Shown one piece after another: positions 35,154 to 43,889 of a stretch of DNA of 64,000 nt. This DNA comes from a virus. Under the pieces are notes generated by a model. That model did not search any database, was not told the origin of the DNA, and worked only from the letters and a program-made list of their open reading frames with translations. The stretch covers positions 32,001-96,000 of IMG/VR virus record IMGVR_UViG_3300047476_000704; one strand, 5' to 3'. The position numbers were made by a program, and so were the translations under genes. Numbering within the stretch: the stretch's first letter is position 1; each line of letters opens with the position of its first letter.

Positions 35154-35512
35154 TATTTACCCCACTTTTTGTTTTGAACAATTTGTGCGATGATTCCATA
35201 CACCGATAAATCTTGGTATGTATCTGTTAAGGATTCACCAACATTATCTTGTGCACCAATAATAATCATTTGTTTTAACCGATTGATTTTATCGTTGATA
35301 CGAAACCATAATCCCGTAAGAGATAGTTTAATATCACCATCACTTCTACATTCAGTTCCTACTGAAATGTTACCCGGTCCGTAATTTGATTGTTTTTTGC
35401 AGAATAGTTCATATTGTTCTACCATAATGCGTTTGTATTCCGCAGTAGTTTCAGGGTATTCTTTTTCCGCTTGAGCCACAATTTGTGGGTCTTTGTAATC
35501 GTTCTGTAACAT
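35153..35512 (-). CDS. Nucleotide modification associated domain 1 (Nmad1)-like protein
   Basis: KKQSNYGP...RINDKINRL...ESLTDTYQDLSVYGII. Confidence 0.8.
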   Translation of the reverse strand: MLQNDYKDPQIVAQAEKEYPETTAEYKRIMVEQYELFCKKQSNYGPGNISVGTECRSDGDIKLSLTGLWFRINDKINRLKQMIIIGAQDNVGESLTDTYQDLSVYGIIAQIVQNKKWGK

Positions 35513-35524
35513 ATTTATTTGGTT

Positions 35525-35938
35525 TTAATTTATTTGTACTCCTTCAATCTCAATCACATCAAATACTCTTGTTGTTATCTTTCTAACTCCTTCTGCATTT
35601 GTAAGTAATATACAATTTCTATACTCTTCCCAATCTACCTCATACTTATCATCTAACATACCACCCGTTTTTTCCATTACTAATTGGTTTAGAGCGTTGA
35701 TTGTATATAAGGTATTTGTTTGTTTTTTTCTATGAACTAAAATAGTTTTTAACTCGCTTTCTGGATGCTGTCCTTCCACAACCACATTATAAGTTACAAA
35801 CAAATCGTTAGGGACGTTTTTGTTCTGCAATACATAAATGTAATTATATGCTAATTTATAACTTTTTTTTATAAAATCCAAATTATTCTCAATATCTTTT
35901 TTTGTTGAGAATGTACATAGTAACTGCGTCTTTATCAT
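35525..35938 (-). CDS. Conserved phage hypothetical protein
   Basis: Intact ORF in the operon. Confidence 0.75.
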   Translation of the reverse strand: MIKTQLLCTFSTKKDIENNLDFIKKSYKLAYNYIYVLQNKNVPNDLFVTYNVVVEGQHPESELKTILVHRKKQTNTLYTINALNQLVMEKTGGMLDDKYEVDWEEYRNCILLTNAEGVRKITTRVFDVIEIEGVQIN

Positions 35939-35978
35939 ATCTTCATTTTATACTCCTTATAAGTATAATAAAAACGGA

Positions 35979-37580
35979 TTATTTAGTTATATGTCTAAAC
36001 AATAATTTAAGACTTCCAGCATCTTCAGTTTTCATATCTATTTGTAAATATGAATCACCCTTACCACCCATATTAATTACCAATTTAACACCATCAAATT
36101 TAACACTAAAAGGCGGCTTTGGTTCACAATAGTAGTTAGGTGCTTTTATTTGTACATCGCCTGTATTTTTGTTTATAATTTGCGTATAAACATCTTTACC
36201 ACAACCATGTACATCTTTCCACATTTTAACTAATTGTTTTTGTCCTTCTGGACTATTAGCCAATTCTTGCATTTTTTGAGAGAATTGTTGTAAATATTCT
36301 TGCTTTAGTCCTTTCTTTTTAGCTGCCTTTTCCTCATCACTCATAGTATTATCCCAACGATATTTCTTTTTAAGAGCGTCAACTGATGCATCAATTGATT
36401 TTCCAATATCGCCTAAATAAGTAGCTCCAGCACTACCAACCCCAGCATTTTTCATTGTAATATTTTTAGGGTCTGTATATGTTTTTGCTGATACTTTTAT
36501 AATACCCTCTTTACCATTTTCGTCTGTATAGTACAATATTAAATCGGTAGGGTCTACTTTTGGGTCTATACCCAAAGCTTTTAATGCGTTTTTACCAATA
36601 CCACCAACTTGTTGTGCTCCAGTTATTTTAGAACCTTTTGGTAATAATGCTTTTATAGCATCTGCTGCTTTTTTATTTATTTTATCAAATTTAGCTTCAT
36701 CTCCACCTAAACTTTTGAATGTATCTTGTGTTGATTTATATAAATCTAAATTTTCTTTTGTTGGTGATAAGTATGCAACTACACCGGCTTCATTATGTTT
36801 ACCACTCATATCAGCTAACGCTCTATCAGCCGCACCACCTCGCATCGGAACTTCAATACCCTCTTCTTGTATAATTTTGTTCATATCAATTGTAATAGCG
36901 TTACCATCACCAGAAAGGTGTTTATAAGGTAATGCTGTATTAGCAGATAGATAGATTTTTTTACCACCAGCATGCGCTTCTATTAGATTATTACTAGCTA
37001 ATTCTCTAACAGCTGCTACACGCTCTTCACGAGTAGTTGCATTTATGAATTTATTCCAATTGGTTTTTAATATATCAGTTCTTTTTTTAGTATCAGTATC
37101 TGCATTTTCTACAAATTTATCAATTTCATTAATTTTTTGTTCTGTTGCTTTTACAGTTGCAGGTTTATATTGAGATAAACTTTGTGTTGATTTTTTTTCA
37201 GGTTTATCAGATTTTGTTTTTGGTTTTTCTACTTTTGGTTTTTCTACTTTTGGTTTATCACCTTTTTCTTTTGTTTGGTGCTTTTCTATCTCTCCCGATG
37301 TAGCAGCAGTGTGAATTGAATTATCAAAGTTTCCTTTTTGAACTTGATAAATATTTCCACTATCTTTCTTTTTTACCCAAATTTTACCAGCATCATCTGC
37401 CTCACATAATGATTGTATTACTATATCAGAATATGGTGCTAATTTACTTTCCTTTACAATATCATTAAATATTGCAAAATGGTATGCATCTTTAAGATTT
37501 ACTATACCTACCCTATAAGAAAGTTCTTCTAAAACTTCTTCATAAATCTCATCTAAATTATCTAAAATCATAATTTTCAC
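35979..37580 (-). CDS. Large hypothetical protein with possible C-terminal PD-(D/E)xK nuclease fold
   Basis: K/E/P-rich linker; HNEAG...PTDLIL...KVSAK. Confidence 0.55.
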   Translation of the reverse strand: MKIMILDNLDEIYEEVLEELSYRVGIVNLKDAYHFAIFNDIVKESKLAPYSDIVIQSLCEADDAGKIWVKKKDSGNIYQVQKGNFDNSIHTAATSGEIEKHQTKEKGDKPKVEKPKVEKPKTKSDKPEKKSTQSLSQYKPATVKATEQKINEIDKFVENADTDTKKRTDILKTNWNKFINATTREERVAAVRELASNNLIEAHAGGKKIYLSANTALPYKHLSGDGNAITIDMNKIIQEEGIEVPMRGGAADRALADMSGKHNEAGVVAYLSPTKENLDLYKSTQDTFKSLGGDEAKFDKINKKAADAIKALLPKGSKITGAQQVGGIGKNALKALGIDPKVDPTDLILYYTDENGKEGIIKVSAKTYTDPKNITMKNAGVGSAGATYLGDIGKSIDASVDALKKKYRWDNTMSDEEKAAKKKGLKQEYLQQFSQKMQELANSPEGQKQLVKMWKDVHGCGKDVYTQIINKNTGDVQIKAPNYYCEPKPPFSVKFDGVKLVINMGGKGDSYLQIDMKTEDAGSLKLLFRHITK

Positions 37581-38901
37581 CTGTTACTATTGTTGCTGGA
37601 AATTCCTTTGAATCTATTATTTTTTCGTATATCTCTTCATATAAATATGTGATTTCGTAATTAGGAACATCAAATACGAATGCATCATAGTTATACATTA
37701 TTAGTTTCCCCAAGCCTTTATACTTTTCTTTTATTTGTTTTAAAATTTGGATGTTTCGTTCTGTTTCGTATGCTTGTATTACATAGTTTAATACTTTTGC
37801 TGGTGGTGGATTATCTTCACCAAACTTTTCTTTTGTGATTTGAATATTATAATGGGGTGTCATTACAAACCCATATCTATCCAAATCTGCTTTATATTTT
37901 AATGCTAATAAATTTACCTCATTAAAGAATGGTAACTCTTGCATTTCAGAACTTACACCACCATATATAGATTGGAATACTAATTGCTTTGCCGCATCCC
38001 TTGCTCCATCTAAATCAGCTACACCACATATAGCAGAAACCCAATCGTAGAAATCTAATTGAGAATTGAATTTACTCATCCATTCTTTAACTCCGATTTG
38101 ATTTTTAATCAATTCAATAAGTAAATGCGGGTGATATGCTGAATAATCTATACTTACCAACTTACCATCTTTGAATCTACTAACGAATGCTTTACGCATA
38201 TCACTCTTTTTTGGTATAGCCGAGTAGTTTACCCCACCATGTCTATTTGATGGACGTAGAGTGGAAGTAAATAGGTTATATTCGGTAAATACTAATCCGT
38301 CTTTATTGATGTGTTTTGATGGTAATAAATCCCTCAACTTTTCATCTACAAATATGCCTGCCTTTTCTATCCATTGGAATACTTCGGTTATTTCTTTCAC
38401 AAACTTAAAAGTTGGGCCATTAAAACCATCTTTTAATTCGTATTGTAATATGTTTTTTATTATACCAACTTGCTTTGATAATGGGATACTATCGTTTAAG
38501 TTGTTTTGATATTGGTTAGGTGTGCTTCGTTTGTAGAATGATTGGATTTCTCTAAATGGTTCTTCTTCGTTTTTTACATTTGTAATGAATTTGTATAAAT
38601 CAATATCAATTGTTTGTTTAAATTCAATCAAATGCCCCACACTCTTACCATTTATAAGAGCTTTGGGTCTTTGTGATTCCTCTAATAGTTTTAATGCATC
38701 TTCTCTTAAACTCAACCCATCGGTATGGTTTATATTGATTACATAGAGTTTCTGCATACAACTAACCACAATAAATGATATACGATTGTTTAACGCATGC
38801 TTATCCGTATCCGAAAGTTGGATGTATATTCTACTTGGACGAGTATTAAACTCTAATAAAAAATCATTGAACGATTGAGAATCTTCTATGTATATAACCA
38901 T
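37558..38901 (-). CDS. Atypical family A DNA polymerase-like protein
   Basis: Motif A DYSAYHPH, motif B RDAAKQLVFQSIYGG, motif C YNYDAFVFD. Confidence 0.75.
   Translation of the reverse strand: MVIYIEDSQSFNDFLLEFNTRPSRIYIQLSDTDKHALNNRISFIVVSCMQKLYVININHTDGLSLREDALKLLEESQRPKALINGKSVGHLIEFKQTIDIDLYKFITNVKNEEEPFREIQSFYKRSTPNQYQNNLNDSIPLSKQVGIIKNILQYELKDGFNGPTFKFVKEITEVFQWIEKAGIFVDEKLRDLLPSKHINKDGLVFTEYNLFTSTLRPSNRHGGVNYSAIPKKSDMRKAFVSRFKDGKLVSIDYSAYHPHLLIELIKNQIGVKEWMSKFNSQLDFYDWVSAICGVADLDGARDAAKQLVFQSIYGGVSSEMQELPFFNEVNLLALKYKADLDRYGFVMTPHYNIQITKEKFGEDNPPPAKVLNYVIQAYETERNIQILKQIKEKYKGLGKLIMYNYDAFVFDVPNYEITYLYEEIYEKIIDSKEFPATIVTGENYDFR
37640..37647 (-). promoter_or_regulatory. Putative late-promoter motif TATTTATA
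   Basis: Within the PolA 3' end, 60 nt before the next start. Confidence 0.4.
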
Positions 38902-38905
38902 TTTA

Positions 38906-38937
38906 CAAATATAAGAAAAAGATTTGGCTTATCCAAA
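38906..38937 (-). promoter_or_regulatory. Bacteroidota sigma-A promoter
   Basis: TTTG-N20-TATATTTG upstream of the PolA-like gene. Confidence 0.8.
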
Positions 38938-39294
38938 TTATTCTTTATAAAATTTTGTAAGATTTTGTACATATGTATCTATATTACTTACAGTTTGTTG
39001 AGTATATTCTATTGAGCGTTGATTCATTTGCTCAACTTCAAATTTATTTGAACCAGTTATTTTCCAACGCATTTTTACTGCTATAAAAAATGGACTATCT
39101 AAAAATTTATCATACATTTCTTTATTTATTTCAGAAATAATACCAAATGGCTCGTTCCTTCTTCTTACGAAATACCGATAAATAAAACCAATTTTGTAAT
39201 CTTGCTCATTTGGTTGAGCTTCAAATGATGGAAATTTGGATTCCATTCGTTTCCAATTGGTATTTAATGAATTATATACATCTACACTAGTCAT
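38938..39294 (-). CDS. Hypothetical protein (tail/baseplate operon)
   Basis: Intact ORF. Confidence 0.7.
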   Translation of the reverse strand: MTSVDVYNSLNTNWKRMESKFPSFEAQPNEQDYKIGFIYRYFVRRRNEPFGIISEINKEMYDKFLDSPFFIAVKMRWKITGSNKFEVEQMNQRSIEYTQQTVSNIDTYVQNLTKFYKE

Positions 39295-39298
39295 ATAT

Positions 39299-41350
39299 TT
39301 AGTTATTATCAGGTCTGTATCTAAATTTAATCGTTGTTTGCCAAGTATCTGTTACAGAATGTGTTACTTCTGTAACCTGAAATATTCCTCTTTTTTCAAA
39401 TGGTACTCTATTTACCTTTACTACTTTACCCATAGTAATTCCAGATATACCCAATACTGTCAATTCTAATTCTATTGGTAATAGGGGATTATTTTTATTT
39501 ACCGCATTATCACCAAAATACAAATTTTTACATAAAGCGGTATCTTTTATTATGGCATATGCATCAAGTGTATTATTATCAAATGAACCATAATCCAAGT
39601 ATTTAAATATAATACAATTATCATCAATCAATGCCGTTTCCGTTGAGGATGGTAATTTTATAACGGCACCATATCCTCTACCATACTCATCTCCAGTTGC
39701 AGCGGCAGCGGCAGCTCTTGCAGCAGCTTCTGCCGCTCTACGAGTTGCTCTTCGTTTTCTGGCCGCATCTTTTCTTTGTTCTACTTTTACAGCATCTCTA
39801 TATTTTTTTAAATCCAATATATCATATGCATCATCTTGGTATTCAAAAAATAAATTTTTACCAACTTCTCTACTTTTTTGATTCGATAACATTGCCATTG
39901 CAATAATTTCTTTTGGTAAATCTGCTGTAAAATTTATATTAGTTATTGTAGTTCTCGGTGAAAACAAATTTATTTCAGTAACTGCTTGTACTTCTCTAGG
40001 TACTAACGCATAATCAACTATTGTATAAATCATAACACCATTAACATTTCCTTGAACCTGCGGCGCTAAATCCATTAAACCGCATGCGGCTATGTTTATT
40101 TCATCACATAATTTTTGTACAAAATCATTTATTTTTCCAGCTTCTCCCATACTCTTTGCAACATCCAATACAAAATCAACTTTTAGAAATATATTTTTTA
40201 TATATCCCCACTTACCTGCTTCATATTCGTTTTGAGCACTATTATAAATGTTTGCACCTGCGCTTGATGTTTGTTCTGGAAATTGTTTTCCAGATTTTTG
40301 ACTAAAGTTTTGGGTTTCATCCACACTTAACGCCAAATTTGCACCATCTCCAGATTTTTCAATTAATGGTCTAGCCATTTTTGCGTTTGGAAATACTACA
40401 TTTTCAGAATTACTTAACATATTAGGATGTGCAGCCGCTATTGCGTTTCGTATATCCAATTTATAATCAACTTCGGTTGCACCATATTTTTTATTTATAG
40501 TATATTCTGTTATATATTCCATACTAACATATACATCTTCTGTATATCCATCATGTTCTTTTGTAACCCAATCCCATATATTTGTAAAAAGATGTGTAAA
40601 AAAACTTTGATTTGCATACTGATAGTTTATAACATGGTCAGCTAATTGTGGTTTTATGTTTAAAAATTCTTCATTTTCCAATTCTAATAATCTACACAAA
40701 CGATTATCCAATATTGAATCTTTATTTGATGAATTGGTAGTATCTTTGGTTTGTGAAGTAGTTCCCAAATATGCTGGTATTTCATTTTTTGTACCTATTA
40801 CAAATGTTGCATCTATACTTGCATCATTATTTATAGTGTAACTAAAATCAATAAGTGGTCCTACCATTACATCTTTACTACCATCTCCACAATACCTTTC
40901 CCATGCTGCTATATTATCAGCCAATGATTTTGCTAATGATGGAGATAGTCCTTGTGGTACTACAATATCATTACCAGTAGCTCTATTTTTAGTCCAACCC
41001 CATACAATACCCTTTGGTGTACCAATTCTAAAAAATTGAGTATATTTTTCCATTTGTATCATTGATGCAAACTTAATAGTAATATGACCCTCACGTAATA
41101 CACCCATACTACCACCAGGTTTTACTTCTAAACCAATAACTAATGGTGGAAATCTTTCTCCATCAAGTTTATTGGGGTCGTATATATAACTAGCATCTGC
41201 ACCAATTACGACTTCTTGTTTATTTTGATAGGATACAAATCTAATAAATGTTGTTGCACCTGAAAACTTTGATTGAAATGCAGCAGGTGTATTTGATATT
41301 GCATTAACTTTATCCAATGGTAGTGGTGCAAAAAATGGAAAATGATTCAT
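39299..41350 (-). CDS. Putative baseplate hub protein
   Basis: C-terminal ELTVLGISGI..G...GIFQVTEVTHSV...WQTTI pattern; synteny. Confidence 0.6.
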   Translation of the reverse strand: MNHFPFFAPLPLDKVNAISNTPAAFQSKFSGATTFIRFVSYQNKQEVVIGADASYIYDPNKLDGERFPPLVIGLEVKPGGSMGVLREGHITIKFASMIQMEKYTQFFRIGTPKGIVWGWTKNRATGNDIVVPQGLSPSLAKSLADNIAAWERYCGDGSKDVMVGPLIDFSYTINNDASIDATFVIGTKNEIPAYLGTTSQTKDTTNSSNKDSILDNRLCRLLELENEEFLNIKPQLADHVINYQYANQSFFTHLFTNIWDWVTKEHDGYTEDVYVSMEYITEYTINKKYGATEVDYKLDIRNAIAAAHPNMLSNSENVVFPNAKMARPLIEKSGDGANLALSVDETQNFSQKSGKQFPEQTSSAGANIYNSAQNEYEAGKWGYIKNIFLKVDFVLDVAKSMGEAGKINDFVQKLCDEINIAACGLMDLAPQVQGNVNGVMIYTIVDYALVPREVQAVTEINLFSPRTTITNINFTADLPKEIIAMAMLSNQKSREVGKNLFFEYQDDAYDILDLKKYRDAVKVEQRKDAARKRRATRRAAEAAARAAAAAATGDEYGRGYGAVIKLPSSTETALIDDNCIIFKYLDYGSFDNNTLDAYAIIKDTALCKNLYFGDNAVNKNNPLLPIELELTVLGISGITMGKVVKVNRVPFEKRGIFQVTEVTHSVTDTWQTTIKFRYRPDNN

Positions 41351-41355
41351 AACTA

Positions 41356-41634
41356 TTATATTTTATTTGTAATTTGTGTTGGGTCAATTGGTATTCTTAA
41401 TTGTAACCCTGGTTCTAATTTTAAATCAATATCTGTTAAATTATTATATACCGCAATTACCCACCATAATCCAGCATCTTTATAAAATATACCCGCCAAT
41501 ATATCCAATCTATCATCTTCTTGAGTCATTATTAAAATATCAGAATCGGATGCTTCGAAATATGGCATAAGGTTTGAATGATATATCAAACCTTTTGTTT
41601 TTTGTTGAATATTAATATTATCGTATCTTCCCAT
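41356..41634 (-). CDS. LysM-like / baseplate tail protein X-like
   Basis: DRLDILAGIFYKDAGLWWVIAVYN...GLQLRIP. Confidence 0.8.
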   Translation of the reverse strand: MGRYDNINIQQKTKGLIYHSNLMPYFEASDSDILIMTQEDDRLDILAGIFYKDAGLWWVIAVYNNLTDIDLKLEPGLQLRIPIDPTQITNKI

Positions 41635-41645
41635 ATTATTTTATT

Positions 41646-43886
41646 TTATTGAGGTGCCCCACCTAATGCAGTAGTTGATGATTTTGCTTTTGTTGGGTCA
41701 GTTGTTGGTAGTTGTTCACCAAATCCAGTAGCTTCTAAATTAACTCCAGAACTACCCTCACCAAATAGATTAATATTTTTAATTGTTCCATCGGGGCCCA
41801 AAGTTATTGTTCCAGTACCAACTTTTTTAATAATATCAGCATTACCTAACTTTGGATTAAGATATGCCTCAACATCATTTCCATCCGTTTGTTGTTGTAG
41901 TGTTATTGTATCACCACCAGTATCAACTGATAAAAATGGACTTTCTGCTAATGAACCATTAGGAAGTAAAATTTGTGGTGATAATGCCCCTATAAGTACA
42001 TCAGGAGCTGGTTTTTGGAAACTTATACCACTTGTTGTAGATATATCAACAGATTTTATACCAGAATAAGAATTGGATTTAGATTTTATAACCTTATAAG
42101 TTACATTAATTTCACACATAAATGGTGCTTGAGAAGATTTGTGAATTTCCCAAGGAGAATTATCAGGTATACTAACATCAAAACTACTTAAAAATCCATA
42201 ATTTTCATCTATAATATTACCAATTTCCAATCCAATTATCTTTCCTTTTAATCCACCTAAACCACCACCTTGTGGTAAATTAAATGAATGAATTTTTTCT
42301 ATTTTATTCCACAATAATTGTAATTGTAAAGAATTTTTTGCATATAATTGTGCTTTGAATGATATTTCTCTTTCATATGCTTCATAAAAATAAAATTTAT
42401 AAGGAGAACCAATTGGTTTTGCTTCACCCCAAGTTACAGTTGGTGTATCAGTTAAACCAGTTAAATTTGACATTAAAAATATATCACCAATTTTTATGTT
42501 TATTAAATCAGAATCTGTGTTTAATAGTGCTTTAGTTGATAATTCAGCATGAGTTCGTACTCTTTTTTTTCCTCTAGCAGTTACAGTTGCATCATTTAAT
42601 AATCCACCCTCTTGTAACGCATCTTCACCTTTACTACCCAAAGAAGCTTTAGCAGCTTTTTCTATTTTGTCTTCCAATTCAGCATCTGTTCCTTTTAATT
42701 TAGTGGCATCATCGAAAACTTCTTGTCTATCTACAATTAAATCATATTGTATTCCAGCGGTATCTACTTTACGATTTTTGTATATTTGGTCACTAAAAAG
42801 TTTTGGTGCTTTTTTTTCTGCTATATTAGGAAATTTATATACGGGGGTAGCATCCGGTTCGTATGGATTATCTTTATATTGTACATAATCAGTAAATTGT
42901 GTACTTTCCGTATTAGATGTAATTCGTTTTTGTAAATCAGAAGTTGTATTATATATTTTATGATAACTACTAAATGATATACCATTTTGCCTACCATCCG
43001 TAGTTAATTTTAAGGTTTTTAATTCGTCTTCGGCATTTATTCCTTCATATTTTTTATAAAAATCACCACCACTTCTTAATAATTGAATTTGGCCCGTAAG
43101 TATTCCATCTATTTTATCAACAGATGCATTTTCAATTGCATATTGTGAGGGAAATTTTGGTGCCGCATTTCCTATTGTTGGATTATTTAATGGATTATTT
43201 ATTTTATTTACCGATGGATTTCCGCCACCTCTTTTAGCATTTAATCCCGCAGCACCACCAATCGCTTGTAAAGCGTTAAATCCAGCATTTACTGCTAAAT
43301 CAATAGCAGCTCCACCTATCTGAACTTTACCCGTTGGTTGTATGTTTGCTATATTTTGAGTAAATTGAGCAGGAGTTAGAAATGATGTTAATGCATTTGC
43401 TATTGAATTTTTACTATTACTTACACCACCATTATATAAGCTACCATACAAACCATTTTTTGTAGATGGGACAAACCCGGGTAAATTATTTACTTCATCG
43501 CTTGGAAATTGTGGAACTGTAAATGAGTTTAGGGCGTTTCGAACAAAACCACCAACTTTGGTATTATTACCAAATGTACCAGCCAATAAACCTCTTGAAA
43601 GTCTATCTACCCCACGCTTTGCTAATTGTAATGGTTCTACTGCTCCACGAGTTAAAATTCTAGCAGAATCGGCTCCATATATGTTAAGAACATTTTGTGC
43701 CAATTTTTGATATTGTCTATCATATGGCAAACTTACACCTTGAATATTTAAACCAAGTACTGTTACAGGTCCAGTAGTTGGACCAACTTCTTTAGAAGAT
43801 AGCATATCTGGTGTAACCTGTCTTGGATTAAACTGTGCTTCTTTAAATTGAAACTCTCCCAATAAATCTTTTAATGCCTTTGCCAT
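41646..43886 (-). CDS. Putative baseplate / tail-tube initiator protein
   Basis: C-terminal Y..YEREISFKAQLYA...GFLSS...SPWE pattern; synteny. Confidence 0.55.
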   Translation of the reverse strand: MAKALKDLLGEFQFKEAQFNPRQVTPDMLSSKEVGPTTGPVTVLGLNIQGVSLPYDRQYQKLAQNVLNIYGADSARILTRGAVEPLQLAKRGVDRLSRGLLAGTFGNNTKVGGFVRNALNSFTVPQFPSDEVNNLPGFVPSTKNGLYGSLYNGGVSNSKNSIANALTSFLTPAQFTQNIANIQPTGKVQIGGAAIDLAVNAGFNALQAIGGAAGLNAKRGGGNPSVNKINNPLNNPTIGNAAPKFPSQYAIENASVDKIDGILTGQIQLLRSGGDFYKKYEGINAEDELKTLKLTTDGRQNGISFSSYHKIYNTTSDLQKRITSNTESTQFTDYVQYKDNPYEPDATPVYKFPNIAEKKAPKLFSDQIYKNRKVDTAGIQYDLIVDRQEVFDDATKLKGTDAELEDKIEKAAKASLGSKGEDALQEGGLLNDATVTARGKKRVRTHAELSTKALLNTDSDLINIKIGDIFLMSNLTGLTDTPTVTWGEAKPIGSPYKFYFYEAYEREISFKAQLYAKNSLQLQLLWNKIEKIHSFNLPQGGGLGGLKGKIIGLEIGNIIDENYGFLSSFDVSIPDNSPWEIHKSSQAPFMCEINVTYKVIKSKSNSYSGIKSVDISTTSGISFQKPAPDVLIGALSPQILLPNGSLAESPFLSVDTGGDTITLQQQTDGNDVEAYLNPKLGNADIIKKVGTGTITLGPDGTIKNINLFGEGSSGVNLEATGFGEQLPTTDPTKAKSSTTALGGAPQ

Positions 43887-43889
43887 CTT

